A stretch of DNA of 64,000 nt from Bacteroidota bacterium (lineage in GTDB: Bacteria; Bacteroidota; Bacteroidia; Flavobacteriales; Flavobacteriaceae): NCBI GenBank assembly GCA_030528745.1, contig JAUMYH010000001.1:32622-96621 (forward strand), read 5' to 3'. The position numbers were made by a program, and so were the translations under genes. Below the pieces are notes generated by a model. It saw only the letters and a list, made by a program, of their open reading frames with translations. It made no database searches and was not told where the DNA came from. Each line of letters opens with the position of its first letter. Within the stretch, counting starts at the first letter, position 1. This document shows positions 42,540 through 51,837 of the stretch, piece after piece.

Positions 42540-42594
42540 AACAATTTTTTATACTTACCAAAATTAAACAAAATTACTAATTTTATAAAAAATA

Positions 42595-44835
42595 TCAAAT
42601 CTTATTTTCGATATACCAATCTTTAAAAATTCGGATTAGCCCCCATGAATAGTCGTCATTAAGTGTTTCTTTAATATTTGTGAGCGATATATCTTCCGTA
42701 TTATCAAACACTTCTGTAAGTTGTGCCAATTGCTCTTGGTTAAATAGTTCATCGATATTTATCTCTCTAAGTTGTATTAATTTGCTGATATGTTTGCATA
42801 TAGTATCTTCGGTTAGCATACGTTCTTTGCTAATTTCATCAATAGATTTCTGATTTTTCCAAAGTTCGAGAGTAATTATATGCGTGGGCTTTTTTTCTTT
42901 TTTCTCTTTTGTGGTGGAATTTATTTCAGTTACAAAAATTTGTTTTTCTTTCAGATATTCAGTAACTTTATGTTCGACTTGCAATCTGAATTTTTTAATA
43001 ATATCTGTAAGGTCAATGGTTAATTTATTCAGTTCTTTACCATCTTTTACGGCATCTAAGGCTAATTTTCCGATGTGTAGTTTTTTAAAATATGCAATTA
43101 GGGCATTTTCAATATCGGTTAATTCTTCATAAAATTCCTTTGTTTTTTTAATGGTCGATATTTCGGTTTTCGTTTTCAAGACTTCGTACCAAAAATCAAG
43201 TATTTTGGGCATAAAATAATCGTAAGCCTGTTGGAATCTGTCGTGTAAAGAGTCAAGCCAGTTCTGTTGAGTTGATATTTGTACGATTTGTTTCTGGAAT
43301 TTATGAGCTACAGTTCCCAACGCTGTAATTTTGTTGTTTAATTCGATAGCCCAATCTTTATAAAGTGCTTTTTTACTTGTATTATCAAGATAAGATTGTC
43401 GATGTGTTTGAAACAAATGTACGATGTTTTCTAGATAGAAAGCCTCCTTGACCAATTGAATGATGTAAACGCCTCTTTGGTTGGCGTATATATTTTGGAG
43501 AGCTTCTTTAGAAGTTTTATTTTGGGCGTAATCAATTATATCCTGACTATTTTCGATGTTATTTTGAGGTATATCTGAAAGTAAAATCAGTCCGTCTAAG
43601 GATCTTAATCTGGAAAATGCCACGTAGGCTTGACCCGAAGCAAATACCTTGTTGATGTCTATAATAGCTCTGTCAAAAGTAAGCCCTTGACTTTTGTGGA
43701 TAGTAATTGCCCAAGCCAAACGCAGTGGATATTGTGTGTAGGTGCCGAGTTTTTCTTCTTCAATATCTTTTGTAATTTCGTTAAGTTTGTATCTAATATT
43801 TTCCCATTCGTAGCGTTCGACATTTATCTCATCACCCTCGTCCAATTGCACCATTATCTGATCTTCAGATAGTTGTGTTACAGTTCCCATTTTTCCGTTG
43901 TAGTACAATTTTTCGAGTGAAAGGTCATTTTTGATAAACATCACTCTAGCACCAATTTTGAGTGTAATTGCTTTTTCGATAGGGTAGATGTGTTCAGGAA
44001 AATCTCCCACGATGTCCGCATGATAGGTGTATTCCTTGGTTTGGAGCAGATTAATTTCGCGTTGGTTGATGTTATCTGCAATCGAATTATGAGTGGTGAG
44101 CGTAATATAATTTTTATTTTGCTCTGGAATAAAATCGAGCTGAATGTGTTTTTTGAGTAAATTTCGATCTTGAATAGTAAGTTTATTATCTCGGAGATTA
44201 TTGAGGAACGAAATGAATTTTTGATCCGATTGTCGGTATATTTTGTCTAATTCGATGTATACAAGCGGATTATTTTTAATTACGAGAGCCTCGAAGAAAA
44301 AAATACTTTTGTAGTACTCTTTTAGGATATTCCATTCGTCATTTTTGACTACAGGCGGTAATTGATACAAATCACCTATAAATAATAATTGTACGCCTCC
44401 AAAAGGTTTTTTGTTGCCTCTGATATGTTGTAGCATAAAATCCATAGCGTCCAACACATCACAGCGTACCATACTAACCTCATCTACAATAAGCAATTCG
44501 AGGTTTTTGATGATTTCTCTTTTGTTTTTGTGCATTTTGAAATGTTTTTGCAGAGAAAGTCTATTTTCAAAACGTAAAAAATCGTTTGCGATGGGCGGAG
44601 AGGTAAGGGTTGGTATAAATGACGCAAAAGGCAATTGGAACAAAGAGTGTATTGTAACGCCTTGTGCATTAAGAGCAGCAATGCCTGTTGGGGCTACCAC
44701 TATTGTATTTTTGTGGGTGTTTTGGGTTATTTTTCGTAATAATGTGGTTTTTCCTGTTCCAGCCTTTCCTGTCAAAAAGACGTTTGTTTGAGTTTCATTA
44801 ATTAATGCGACTACTTGATCGGCTAAGGACATCAT
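42595..44835 (-). CDS. Pif1/RecD-family ATP-dependent DNA helicase with about 300-aa C-terminal extension
   Basis: Walker A LTGKAGTGKTTLL, Walker B LLIVDEVSMV, a SF1B motif set (QLPPV, TIHKSQGLTFD), and a C-terminal K/E-rich helical region. Confidence 0.75.
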   Translation of the reverse strand: MMSLADQVVALINETQTNVFLTGKAGTGKTTLLRKITQNTHKNTIVVAPTGIAALNAQGVTIHSLFQLPFASFIPTLTSPPIANDFLRFENRLSLQKHFKMHKNKREIIKNLELLIVDEVSMVRCDVLDAMDFMLQHIRGNKKPFGGVQLLFIGDLYQLPPVVKNDEWNILKEYYKSIFFFEALVIKNNPLVYIELDKIYRQSDQKFISFLNNLRDNKLTIQDRNLLKKHIQLDFIPEQNKNYITLTTHNSIADNINQREINLLQTKEYTYHADIVGDFPEHIYPIEKAITLKIGARVMFIKNDLSLEKLYYNGKMGTVTQLSEDQIMVQLDEGDEINVERYEWENIRYKLNEITKDIEEEKLGTYTQYPLRLAWAITIHKSQGLTFDRAIIDINKVFASGQAYVAFSRLRSLDGLILLSDIPQNNIENSQDIIDYAQNKTSKEALQNIYANQRGVYIIQLVKEAFYLENIVHLFQTHRQSYLDNTSKKALYKDWAIELNNKITALGTVAHKFQKQIVQISTQQNWLDSLHDRFQQAYDYFMPKILDFWYEVLKTKTEISTIKKTKEFYEELTDIENALIAYFKKLHIGKLALDAVKDGKELNKLTIDLTDIIKKFRLQVEHKVTEYLKEKQIFVTEINSTTKEKKEKKPTHIITLELWKNQKSIDEISKERMLTEDTICKHISKLIQLREINIDELFNQEQLAQLTEVFDNTEDISLTNIKETLNDDYSWGLIRIFKDWYIENKI

Positions 44836-45470
44836 ACAATATTATTTTTGATATCTATAGTTGTAGGAAATTGTTCTTTCAACCTTTGATCGTGGGTAAC
44901 TATCACGAGTGAGGTGTCGTATTTTTGGGAAATATCTTTAAGCAAATTGGCTACAATTTTGGCATTGGTGTCGTCAAGGCTAGATGTCGGTTCGTCTGCT
45001 AATATTAATTTGGGATTGTGTATTAAGGCTCTGGCTATAGAGGCTCTTTGTTGTTGCCCTATGCTGAGTTGGCTTGTTTTTTTGTTGATATGTTGTTCTA
45101 AACCAAGCATTTCGAGGAGTTCTATTGCTTGTTTGCGTTTGGTGTCTTTTGAAGATAACCACGACGAAAAAAGTATGTTGTCCAGTACAGATATTGACGA
45201 AATAAAGTGTGATTTTTGTAAGATGATACCTATATTTTGACCTCTAAATCTATCGAGCTGACTGTTTGTTAATTTTGTAATATCGGTGTTATTAATGTTA
45301 ATGTCGCCCAAATCAGGTCTGAGAATGCCTCCCAAAAGATGCAAAAGGGTTGTTTTGCCACTTCCAGATTCGCCCGTAATTAATAGTGACTCTCCATTTT
45401 CACAGACAATCTCTGGAAATACAAACTGATGATTAGGATACGAAAATTTTAAAGTGGAAGTAGTAATCAT
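44832..45470 (-). CDS. Stand-alone ABC transporter ATP-binding protein (LolD/FtsE-like NBD)
   Basis: Walker A GESGSGKTT, signature LSIGQQQRASIARAL, Walker B LILADEPTSSLD, and H-loop VTHD. It overlaps the helicase start by 4 bp. There is no adjacent permease. Confidence 0.75.
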   Translation of the reverse strand: MITTSTLKFSYPNHQFVFPEIVCENGESLLITGESGSGKTTLLHLLGGILRPDLGDININNTDITKLTNSQLDRFRGQNIGIILQKSHFISSISVLDNILFSSWLSSKDTKRKQAIELLEMLGLEQHINKKTSQLSIGQQQRASIARALIHNPKLILADEPTSSLDDTNAKIVANLLKDISQKYDTSLVIVTHDQRLKEQFPTTIDIKNNIV

Positions 45471-45608
45471 TTTAATTGTTATTACAAAGTGTGCAAGTTA
45501 AGTTTTTTATTTCAAATAAAAAAATATGAATTAAAAATCTTGAAAGTAGTTTTATATTAAATAAAAAGTTATATTTTTGCACTTTCTAATTTTTAGAACA
45601 AAAAGATT

Positions 45609-46409
45609 ATGGCTACATATAACAAAAGAGGTTATAAACAACCAAAACCTAAAGAAGAGATTAATAAAGAACAAGTAGAGGCTGATGTGTTAGATGCTAC
45701 ATCTCCAGTTGTAGACGGAGATAGCACCACTGAAGAAGTTTTTAATACTTTGGATACTGGAGCTAAAAGGATTGAAAATTGGGTGATGAGAAATCAGAAG
45801 CCAATTTTTGGGGCAATTGGCGGTTTGGTATTGATAGTTGGAGGTATATTTGCCTATAATAAATTTGTTGTAGAACCAAAGCAAGAACAGGCTGTTAATG
45901 AAATGTATCAGGCTGAATTGTATTTTTCACAGGCTACTAATGGCGTAGCGAGTGATTCTTTGTATAATTTGGCTCTGAATGGTGGAGAAGGAAAATTAGG
46001 TTTTTTGAAAATTCAGGAACATTACAAAGGAACTGATGCGGCTAATTTGGCGAGTTATTATGCAGGTGTTTCGTACTTAAATCTTCATAAATACAAAGAG
46101 GCTATTACAGAATTAGAAAAATTTAAGTCAGACGATGAATTTTTAGGGCCTTTTACAAAAGGACTTATAGGTGATGCTTTTGTGCAGAATGACCAGTTGG
46201 AGGAGGGGCTTGAGTATTACGAAAAGGCTTTTGCTATGAAGAATAATACGCTTACCACACCTCGATTTTTGCTTAAAGCAGGTCAGGTAGCCTTGACTCT
46301 TGGAAAAAAAGACAAGGCCTTGCAGTATTTTTCACGTATTCAAAACGAATTTGGAGGTACTAATGAGGCTCAAAATATAGAAGCTCTTATTGTTTTAGCT
46401 CAATCGTAA
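45609..46409 (+). CDS. Membrane-anchored tetratricopeptide-repeat protein (YfgM-like)
   Basis: One TM helix (IFGAIGGLVLIVGGIFAY) then TPR-like helical repeats. It is adjacent to ribH, as in many Flavobacteriia. Confidence 0.55.
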   Translation: MATYNKRGYKQPKPKEEINKEQVEADVLDATSPVVDGDSTTEEVFNTLDTGAKRIENWVMRNQKPIFGAIGGLVLIVGGIFAYNKFVVEPKQEQAVNEMYQAELYFSQATNGVASDSLYNLALNGGEGKLGFLKIQEHYKGTDAANLASYYAGVSYLNLHKYKEAITELEKFKSDDEFLGPFTKGLIGDAFVQNDQLEEGLEYYEKAFAMKNNTLTTPRFLLKAGQVALTLGKKDKALQYFSRIQNEFGGTNEAQNIEALIVLAQS

Positions 46410-46897
46410 TGGCTACAGAAAATAAAAATCTATCCAACTACGACAAAAATTCGTTGCCTTCTGTAAAGGGAAGCAGGTTTGCTTTGGTCGTATCACAGTG
46501 GAACGATAATATTACCGAAAATTTGTATAAAGGAGCTGTAGAAACCTTGTTGGATAATGGAGTGGCTCAGTCGGATATTGTCAAATTTGAAGTTCCAGGT
46601 AGTTTTGAGCTTATCTTTGGTTGCAATCAAGTGCATCAAACCTACAAATATGATGCTGTGATAGCTATTGGCTGCGTAATTCAGGGCGATACCAAGCATT
46701 TTGATTTTGTGTGTGAGGGCGTAACACAGGGTATTAAAGATTTGAATTTGAGGTATAAAGTGCCTACGATATTTTGTGTTCTGACGGATAACACCATGGA
46801 GCAATCTTTGGAAAGAAGTGGTGGAAAACACGGCAACAAAGGTGTTGAAGCAGCTATTACAGCTATAAAAATGATAGATTTTAATAAAAATGTATAA
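46409..46897 (+). CDS. ribH: 6,7-dimethyl-8-ribityllumazine synthase
   Basis: RFALVVSQWNDNITENLYKGA...FEVPGSFELIFG matches RibH; 162 aa. Confidence 0.9.
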   Translation: MATENKNLSNYDKNSLPSVKGSRFALVVSQWNDNITENLYKGAVETLLDNGVAQSDIVKFEVPGSFELIFGCNQVHQTYKYDAVIAIGCVIQGDTKHFDFVCEGVTQGIKDLNLRYKVPTIFCVLTDNTMEQSLERSGGKHGNKGVEAAITAIKMIDFNKNV

Positions 46898-46946
46898 ATT
46901 ATTTTTTGTGAATTAAAATATTTTAGTAAATTTGCAAAAAAGTTTA

Positions 46947-47021
46947 CGGGATGTAGCGTAGCCCGGTTATCGCGTCTGGTTTGGGACCAGAAGGTCGCAG
47001 GTTCGAATCCTGCCATCCCGA
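46947..47021 (+). tRNA. tRNA-Pro (anticodon TGG), copy 2
   Basis: The 75-nt sequence is identical to 4080-4154. A hairpin terminator follows at about 47034-47066 (atccacaaa...tttgtggat plus T7). Confidence 0.85.
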
Positions 47022-47135
47022 CAAAACTAACTGATCCACAAATTGAAAAGTTTGTGGATTTTTTTATAAATTCTTCAAAAGGTAATAATACTTATCTGTA
47101 GTAATTTTGCCTAAATAAAATCATTTAATTAAACA

Positions 47136-47951
47136 ATGAATAAGAAAAATAACTATTCTTCAAAAAAAAACATAACTTCTGACACTAGATTTTATAAAGA
47201 AAAAACTAAATATGTAAAGAAGAATAATGTAAAAGCTGTTGCTAAAACTGAAGATGAGGGGATAAGACTAAATAAATACATTTCAAATTCGGGAGTTTGC
47301 TCTCGTAGGGAAGCTGATATATATATAACCTCAGGAAATGTGAGGGTTAATGATCAATTAATTACGGAGCTTGGCTATAAGGTAAAACCTTCCGATAAAG
47401 TTACCTTTGACGGAATTGTGTTAAACCCTGAAAAAAAGGTGTATGTGTTGCTCAATAAACCTAAAAATTTTTCAACGACATCAACCACAAACAACGTTCA
47501 AAATTTAATTAATGGGGCTAGTAAAAGTAAACTTACCCCAGTAGGTAAAATGGACGCTACAACTACAGGGTTGTTACTTTTGACAAATGATAATGATTTG
47601 ATTACCAAATTTACTCAAGAAAGTCAACGTTCAAGTAAGATATATCAGGTGAGTTTGGATAAAAATTTAAAATATGAAGATTTAGAAAAGATTCAGAAAG
47701 GAATTACTATTGACCAAAAAAGAGTATTGGTAGAGGAGATAAGTTATATCGAGACGCTGCCAAAAACCGAAATCGGTATACAAATAAGGACTTCTAACAT
47801 AAAGGTAGTCCGAAAAATATTTGAAACATTAGATTATGATGTTTTGAAGATAGATAGGGTAACTTTTGCAGGGCTTACCAAAAAGAATTTACCACGTGGT
47901 ATGTGGAGGTATCTTACACCTCAAGAAGTGATAAATATTAAAAATATATAG
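47136..47951 (+). CDS. rRNA pseudouridine synthase (RsuA/RluB family) with S4 domain
   Basis: Lys-rich N-terminus, an S4 RNA-binding domain (GIRLNKYISNSGVCSRREADIYITSGNVRVN), and a catalytic Asp block GKMDATTTGLLLLTNDNDL. Confidence 0.8.
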   Translation: MNKKNNYSSKKNITSDTRFYKEKTKYVKKNNVKAVAKTEDEGIRLNKYISNSGVCSRREADIYITSGNVRVNDQLITELGYKVKPSDKVTFDGIVLNPEKKVYVLLNKPKNFSTTSTTNNVQNLINGASKSKLTPVGKMDATTTGLLLLTNDNDLITKFTQESQRSSKIYQVSLDKNLKYEDLEKIQKGITIDQKRVLVEEISYIETLPKTEIGIQIRTSNIKVVRKIFETLDYDVLKIDRVTFAGLTKKNLPRGMWRYLTPQEVINIKNI

Positions 47952-48030
47952 TGTTAATGGTTTTGATATAAGGTTGTTACCCTAATGCTGGACTATTCAT
48001 AAATATAGAAGTAGTTTTATAGAAAAACAA

Positions 48031-48060
48031 AAAAGGAAAGCTCTCTGGCTTTCCTTTTTT
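48031..48060. terminator. Bidirectional terminator between the pseudouridine synthase gene and purA
   Basis: aaaaggaaagc-tctctg-gctttcctttt with an A-tract upstream and a T-tract downstream. Confidence 0.6.
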
Positions 48061-48062
48061 AC

Positions 48063-49337
48063 TTAGTCTTTTTCAATAGTTTGGGTTCTATCAGGACCTA
48101 CAGATACAATCTTTATAGGAACTTCCAATTCCTTTTCGATAAAAGAAATATACTCCGAGAGTTCTTTAGGAAGTTCTTCATAATTAGTAAGCTGCGTAAG
48201 ATCCTGATTCCATCCTTTAAATTCTGTATAAATAGGAGTTACGTTTTGTTCTTCGATGTTGTATGGAAGGTGTGTTATGGTTTCGCCTTTGTACTTATAA
48301 GCGATACACACTTTGAGCGTATCGAATCCACTAAGTACATCAGCTTTCATCATCATCAACTGCGTTACTCCATTTACTTGAACAGCATATTTTAACGCCA
48401 CCAAATCTAACCAACCACAACGGCGTTTACGTCCTGTGGTAGCTCCAAATTCGCGACCTACACGCCCCATAGTTTCTCCTACTTCGTCAAAAAGTTCGGT
48501 AGGGAAAGGACCGCTACCAACACGGGTAGTATACGCTTTGAATATACCCAATACGTCTTTTATTTTGGTAGGAGCTATTCCTAATCCAGTACAAGCACCA
48601 GCGGCGGTGGTGTTAGACGAAGTTACAAACGGATAAGTTCCAAAGTCAATATCGAGCAATGAACCCTGAGCACCTTCTGCTAAAATTTTCTTGCCATTTT
48701 TGATAGCTTGATTGATATACTCTTCACTATCAATAAATTGTAGTTTTTTAAGTGTGTCAATAGCATCAAAAAATTCGGCTTCAAGCTCGTTCAAATCGTA
48801 TTGAATTTCAGCGTTATAATGCGAAATCATTTCCTGATGTTTGTTTACCAGATTGCGGTAACGCACTTCAAAGTCAGCCAATTCTATATCACCTACTCGT
48901 AAGCCATTACGTCCTGTTTTATCCATATACGTTGGACCAATTCCTTTGAGAGTAGAGCCTATTTTGGCTTTACCTTTTGAAGCCTCTGAAGCGGCATCTA
49001 ACAATCGGTGTGTAGGTAATATGAGGTGTGCTTTTCGAGAGATAAGCAGTTTGGATTTAAAATCAATATCAAATTTATCCAGAGCCTCAATCTCTTTTTT
49101 GAATATTACAGGGTCTATAACTACCCCATTACCAACAATATTGATAGCGTTCTGATGAAATATTCCAGAAGGAATCGTGTGCAATACGTGTTTGATGCCG
49201 TTAAATTCAAGGGTATGTCCAGCGTTTGGTCCACCCTGAAAACGTGCGATAATATCGTATTTTTGAGTAAGAACATCAACAATTTTTCCCTTTCCTTCAT
49301 CTCCCCATTGGAGTCCGAGTAGTAAGTCTACAGCCAT
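48063..49337 (-). CDS. purA: Adenylosuccinate synthetase
   Basis: N-terminal LGLQWGDEGKGKIVD P-loop and conserved GIGPTYMDK; 424 aa. Confidence 0.9.
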   Translation of the reverse strand: MAVDLLLGLQWGDEGKGKIVDVLTQKYDIIARFQGGPNAGHTLEFNGIKHVLHTIPSGIFHQNAINIVGNGVVIDPVIFKKEIEALDKFDIDFKSKLLISRKAHLILPTHRLLDAASEASKGKAKIGSTLKGIGPTYMDKTGRNGLRVGDIELADFEVRYRNLVNKHQEMISHYNAEIQYDLNELEAEFFDAIDTLKKLQFIDSEEYINQAIKNGKKILAEGAQGSLLDIDFGTYPFVTSSNTTAAGACTGLGIAPTKIKDVLGIFKAYTTRVGSGPFPTELFDEVGETMGRVGREFGATTGRKRRCGWLDLVALKYAVQVNGVTQLMMMKADVLSGFDTLKVCIAYKYKGETITHLPYNIEEQNVTPIYTEFKGWNQDLTQLTNYEELPKELSEYISFIEKELEVPIKIVSVGPDRTQTIEKD

Positions 49338-49403
49338 TGGATATTTGATTATTTTAAATTATAATTTTCAAAATGTTTTTAGTTGTTTAGAGCTAACGAT
49401 AAT

Positions 49404-49850
49404 TTAATCTTTCTTTTTGTTTCCATAAAAATATAAAGAATGACTGTGTATATCTACGCCGAAATGCTCCTCAATTGTTTTTTTGATAGCTTGGATGCGA
49501 GGATCGCAAAACTCCAAAACTTCGTTCGTATTTGTTATAATTAAATGGTCATGCTGACGATCAAAATAGGATTTTTCGTAGTAAGCCTGAGTGTGTCCAA
49601 ATTGATGCTTTCTGACCAATCCACACTCCAACAAAAGCTCAATAGTATTGTAAAGTGTAGCACGACTCACTCGGTATTTTTTGTTTTTCATCTTTACATA
49701 CAAAGACTCCACATCAAAATGCTCTTGCGAATTGTAAATTTCTTCCAATATGGCATATCTTTCAGGCGTTTTACGATGCTTGTTTGTTTCGAGATATTCA
49801 GTAAAAACCTTTTTTACAATTTCCTGATTTTGTTCCGTTGTATTATTCAT
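49404..49850 (-). CDS. fur: Fur-family transcriptional regulator
   Basis: Winged-helix region [14 protein letters not shown]...SLYVKMK...[13 protein letters not shown] and C-terminal His/Cys metal-site residues. The start is taken at MNNTTEQ. Confidence 0.8.
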   Translation of the reverse strand: MNNTTEQNQEIVKKVFTEYLETNKHRKTPERYAILEEIYNSQEHFDVESLYVKMKNKKYRVSRATLYNTIELLLECGLVRKHQFGHTQAYYEKSYFDRQHDHLIITNTNEVLEFCDPRIQAIKKTIEEHFGVDIHSHSLYFYGNKKKD

Positions 49851-49973
49851 AATTTTATTATTAGCACAAAGGTAACTCATACATTTTAATTAAAAAAATT
49901 TTTTCGTTATATTCTGTGGGTTGGTGCGAATTATTTTTTTGAAAAAAAAGATGTTATTGTATTGCGGATACAA

Positions 49974-49991
49974 AATAAATGATTATTTTTG
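49974..49991. promoter_or_regulatory. Candidate Fur box in the fur / DUF2853 divergent promoter
   Basis: aaataaatgattattttt contains an ATAAATGATTAT core resembling the GATAATGATAATCATTATC consensus. Confidence 0.25.
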
Positions 49992-50017
49992 GAGAAATAT
50001 TATAAAATTTAGAAATT

Positions 50018-50362
50018 ATGAGCAAGAGACAAGAGTATATAGATAAGTATGCTAAAGATTTAAAAGAAAAATTGAATGTTGAGGTTGATTTGGATTTTTT
50101 GACTAAGGTGGTTGTTGGTTTAGGGCCTTCGATATACAGGCTTGATTCCGAGACGGTTGCTGGGTCAGATCAATCGGAAATAGACAGGGTAAAGGCTAAT
50201 TTTTTGATTAAAAAATTAGGTCTTAAGGATTCGGAAGAATTGGATAAAGCTATTGCAGAGGTAATAGAAAAATATGGCAAATCAAACAAAGCCAAATATA
50301 GAGCGGTGATTTACTATATGTTAGCTAAACATTTTAAGAAAGAATCTGTTTATAATAAGTAA
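50018..50362 (+). CDS. DUF2853-like small cytoplasmic protein
   Basis: 114 aa; the conserved-looking start MSKRQEYIDKYAKDLKEKL...VVGLGPSIY. The family call is from memory only. Confidence 0.4.
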   Translation: MSKRQEYIDKYAKDLKEKLNVEVDLDFLTKVVVGLGPSIYRLDSETVAGSDQSEIDRVKANFLIKKLGLKDSEELDKAIAEVIEKYGKSNKAKYRAVIYYMLAKHFKKESVYNK

Positions 50363-50455
50363 TTAAGGACAGTTTTTAGATTATTCGATTGTGGATTGTA
50401 TTGATAATATATCCGCAATCGGATAATTCTGTTAGTTGATGTTGAGATTATACAG

Positions 50456-51094
50456 ATGAAGAAGATATTTTGTATTCTTATTTTATCAATGCTGAAGTTG
50501 TCGGCTCAGGAAATTGCCTTGGTAAAGTATTCTGGTGGAGGTGATTGGTATGCCAACCCCACTTCGTTGCCCAATTTGATTGCTTTTTGTAATGCTAATA
50601 TAGGTACCAAAATAGCATCTAAACCAGTTACTATAGAACTCTCGGATTCCAATTTGTTTTTATATCCTTTTATACATATAACAGGTCATGGTAATGTGAT
50701 TTTTAATGACTTGGAAATTAATAATTTAAGACTTTATCTGTTAGGGGGTGGGTTTTTACATATTGACGACAATTATGGTCTGGATCAGTACATTCGTCGT
50801 GAGATGAAGCGTGTTTTTCCTGAATACGATTTTGTAGAAATAGGCAAAAATCACGCGATATTCAAAGAGCCTTTCGCATTCGAAAATGGACTTCCCAAAA
50901 TTCACGAACACGACAACAAAGCTCCACAAGCCTTTGGGATTTTTAAAGATGATAGACTTATTTGTCTATACACATACGAAACCGATTTGGGTGATGGTTG
51001 GGAAGATTTTGAAGTGCATAATAATCCTAAAGAAGTTAGAGAAAAAGCCTTAAAAATGGGGGCTAATATTATAAATTACGTATTTAATAAGTAG
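50456..51094 (+). CDS. DUF4159-like secreted protein
   Basis: Signal peptide, then VKYSGGGDWYANPTSLPNL, a block typical of DUF4159. Confidence 0.5.
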   Translation: MKKIFCILILSMLKLSAQEIALVKYSGGGDWYANPTSLPNLIAFCNANIGTKIASKPVTIELSDSNLFLYPFIHITGHGNVIFNDLEINNLRLYLLGGGFLHIDDNYGLDQYIRREMKRVFPEYDFVEIGKNHAIFKEPFAFENGLPKIHEHDNKAPQAFGIFKDDRLICLYTYETDLGDGWEDFEVHNNPKEVREKALKMGANIINYVFNK

Positions 51095-51179
51095 TAAATA
51101 AGTAGTAAAAAAGAGTTTGTAGTTTAATGATATTTGTAAAAAAAGGTGTATCTTTGCTCTTATTTTACAAATTGTATTT

Positions 51180-51830
51180 ATGGTATTTTCTATAAATGAT
51201 TTTTTTCAATTTTTAACGCCTAAAGATAAGAAATTTTTTCCTTTATTGGAACAGGCAACAACCAAGCTGGTTGAGATGGCAGATACATTGAACCAAGCTG
51301 TAAATGCGGAAAAGGAAATTCGTGATACTTTTTATCAGAAAGTGGAACAGCTTGATTTGGAAATAGATAAGGTTGTTCATAAGGTGAATATTGAATTGAG
51401 TCGCAACTTCTTGACTCCATTTGACAGAGAGGATATTCATTCGTTAATCAAGTCTATTGATGATGTAACGGATTTTATTCATAGTGCGGCTAGTAGAATG
51501 AAAATGTATCAGTTCGAGAAAATCACCAAATCGATTCGTAAACTTACAGAAATTAATTTGGAAGCGGCATTGCTAATCAAAGGAGCTGTTAAGGATTTGA
51601 AAGAACACAATAATTTGCAACGTATTACAGTGGCTTGTAAAAAGATTTCAAAACTAGAAAGTAAGGCAGATGTTGTGTTTGATAACGCGGTAATGGATAT
51701 ATTTGAAAAAGAAACCGATGCTATAAAAATTATCAAATATAAAGAAGTGCTTACGGCTTTGGAAGACGCTTCGGACAAATGTAAAGATGTGGCTAATGTG
51801 TTAGAGGTAATTGTAGTGAAATATTCTTAA
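51180..51830 (+). CDS. DUF47-family protein (putative phosphate transport regulator)
   Basis: 216 aa, helical, and immediately upstream of a PiT transporter. This is the classic DUF47-PiT pairing. Confidence 0.65.
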   Translation: MVFSINDFFQFLTPKDKKFFPLLEQATTKLVEMADTLNQAVNAEKEIRDTFYQKVEQLDLEIDKVVHKVNIELSRNFLTPFDREDIHSLIKSIDDVTDFIHSAASRMKMYQFEKITKSIRKLTEINLEAALLIKGAVKDLKEHNNLQRITVACKKISKLESKADVVFDNAVMDIFEKETDAIKIIKYKEVLTALEDASDKCKDVANVLEVIVVKYS

Positions 51831-51837
51831 TTTAGAC

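Noticed and set aside
46681-47016. Track ORF of 111 aa on the minus strand
   Set aside because: It overlaps the ribH 3' end and tRNA-Pro copy 2. Its N-terminus, MAGFEPATFWSQTRRDNRATLHP, is identical to the ORF over tRNA-Pro copy 1, so it is the tRNA read antisense.
4080-47021. A 43-kb genomic island bounded by identical tRNA-Pro direct repeats
   Set aside because: The interval is filled with single-copy core genes (aroC, prfA, fabG, icmF, sdhCAB, menD, rseP, ribH). Background composition is uniform apart from the 3-kb Rhs patch, and no integrase is present.
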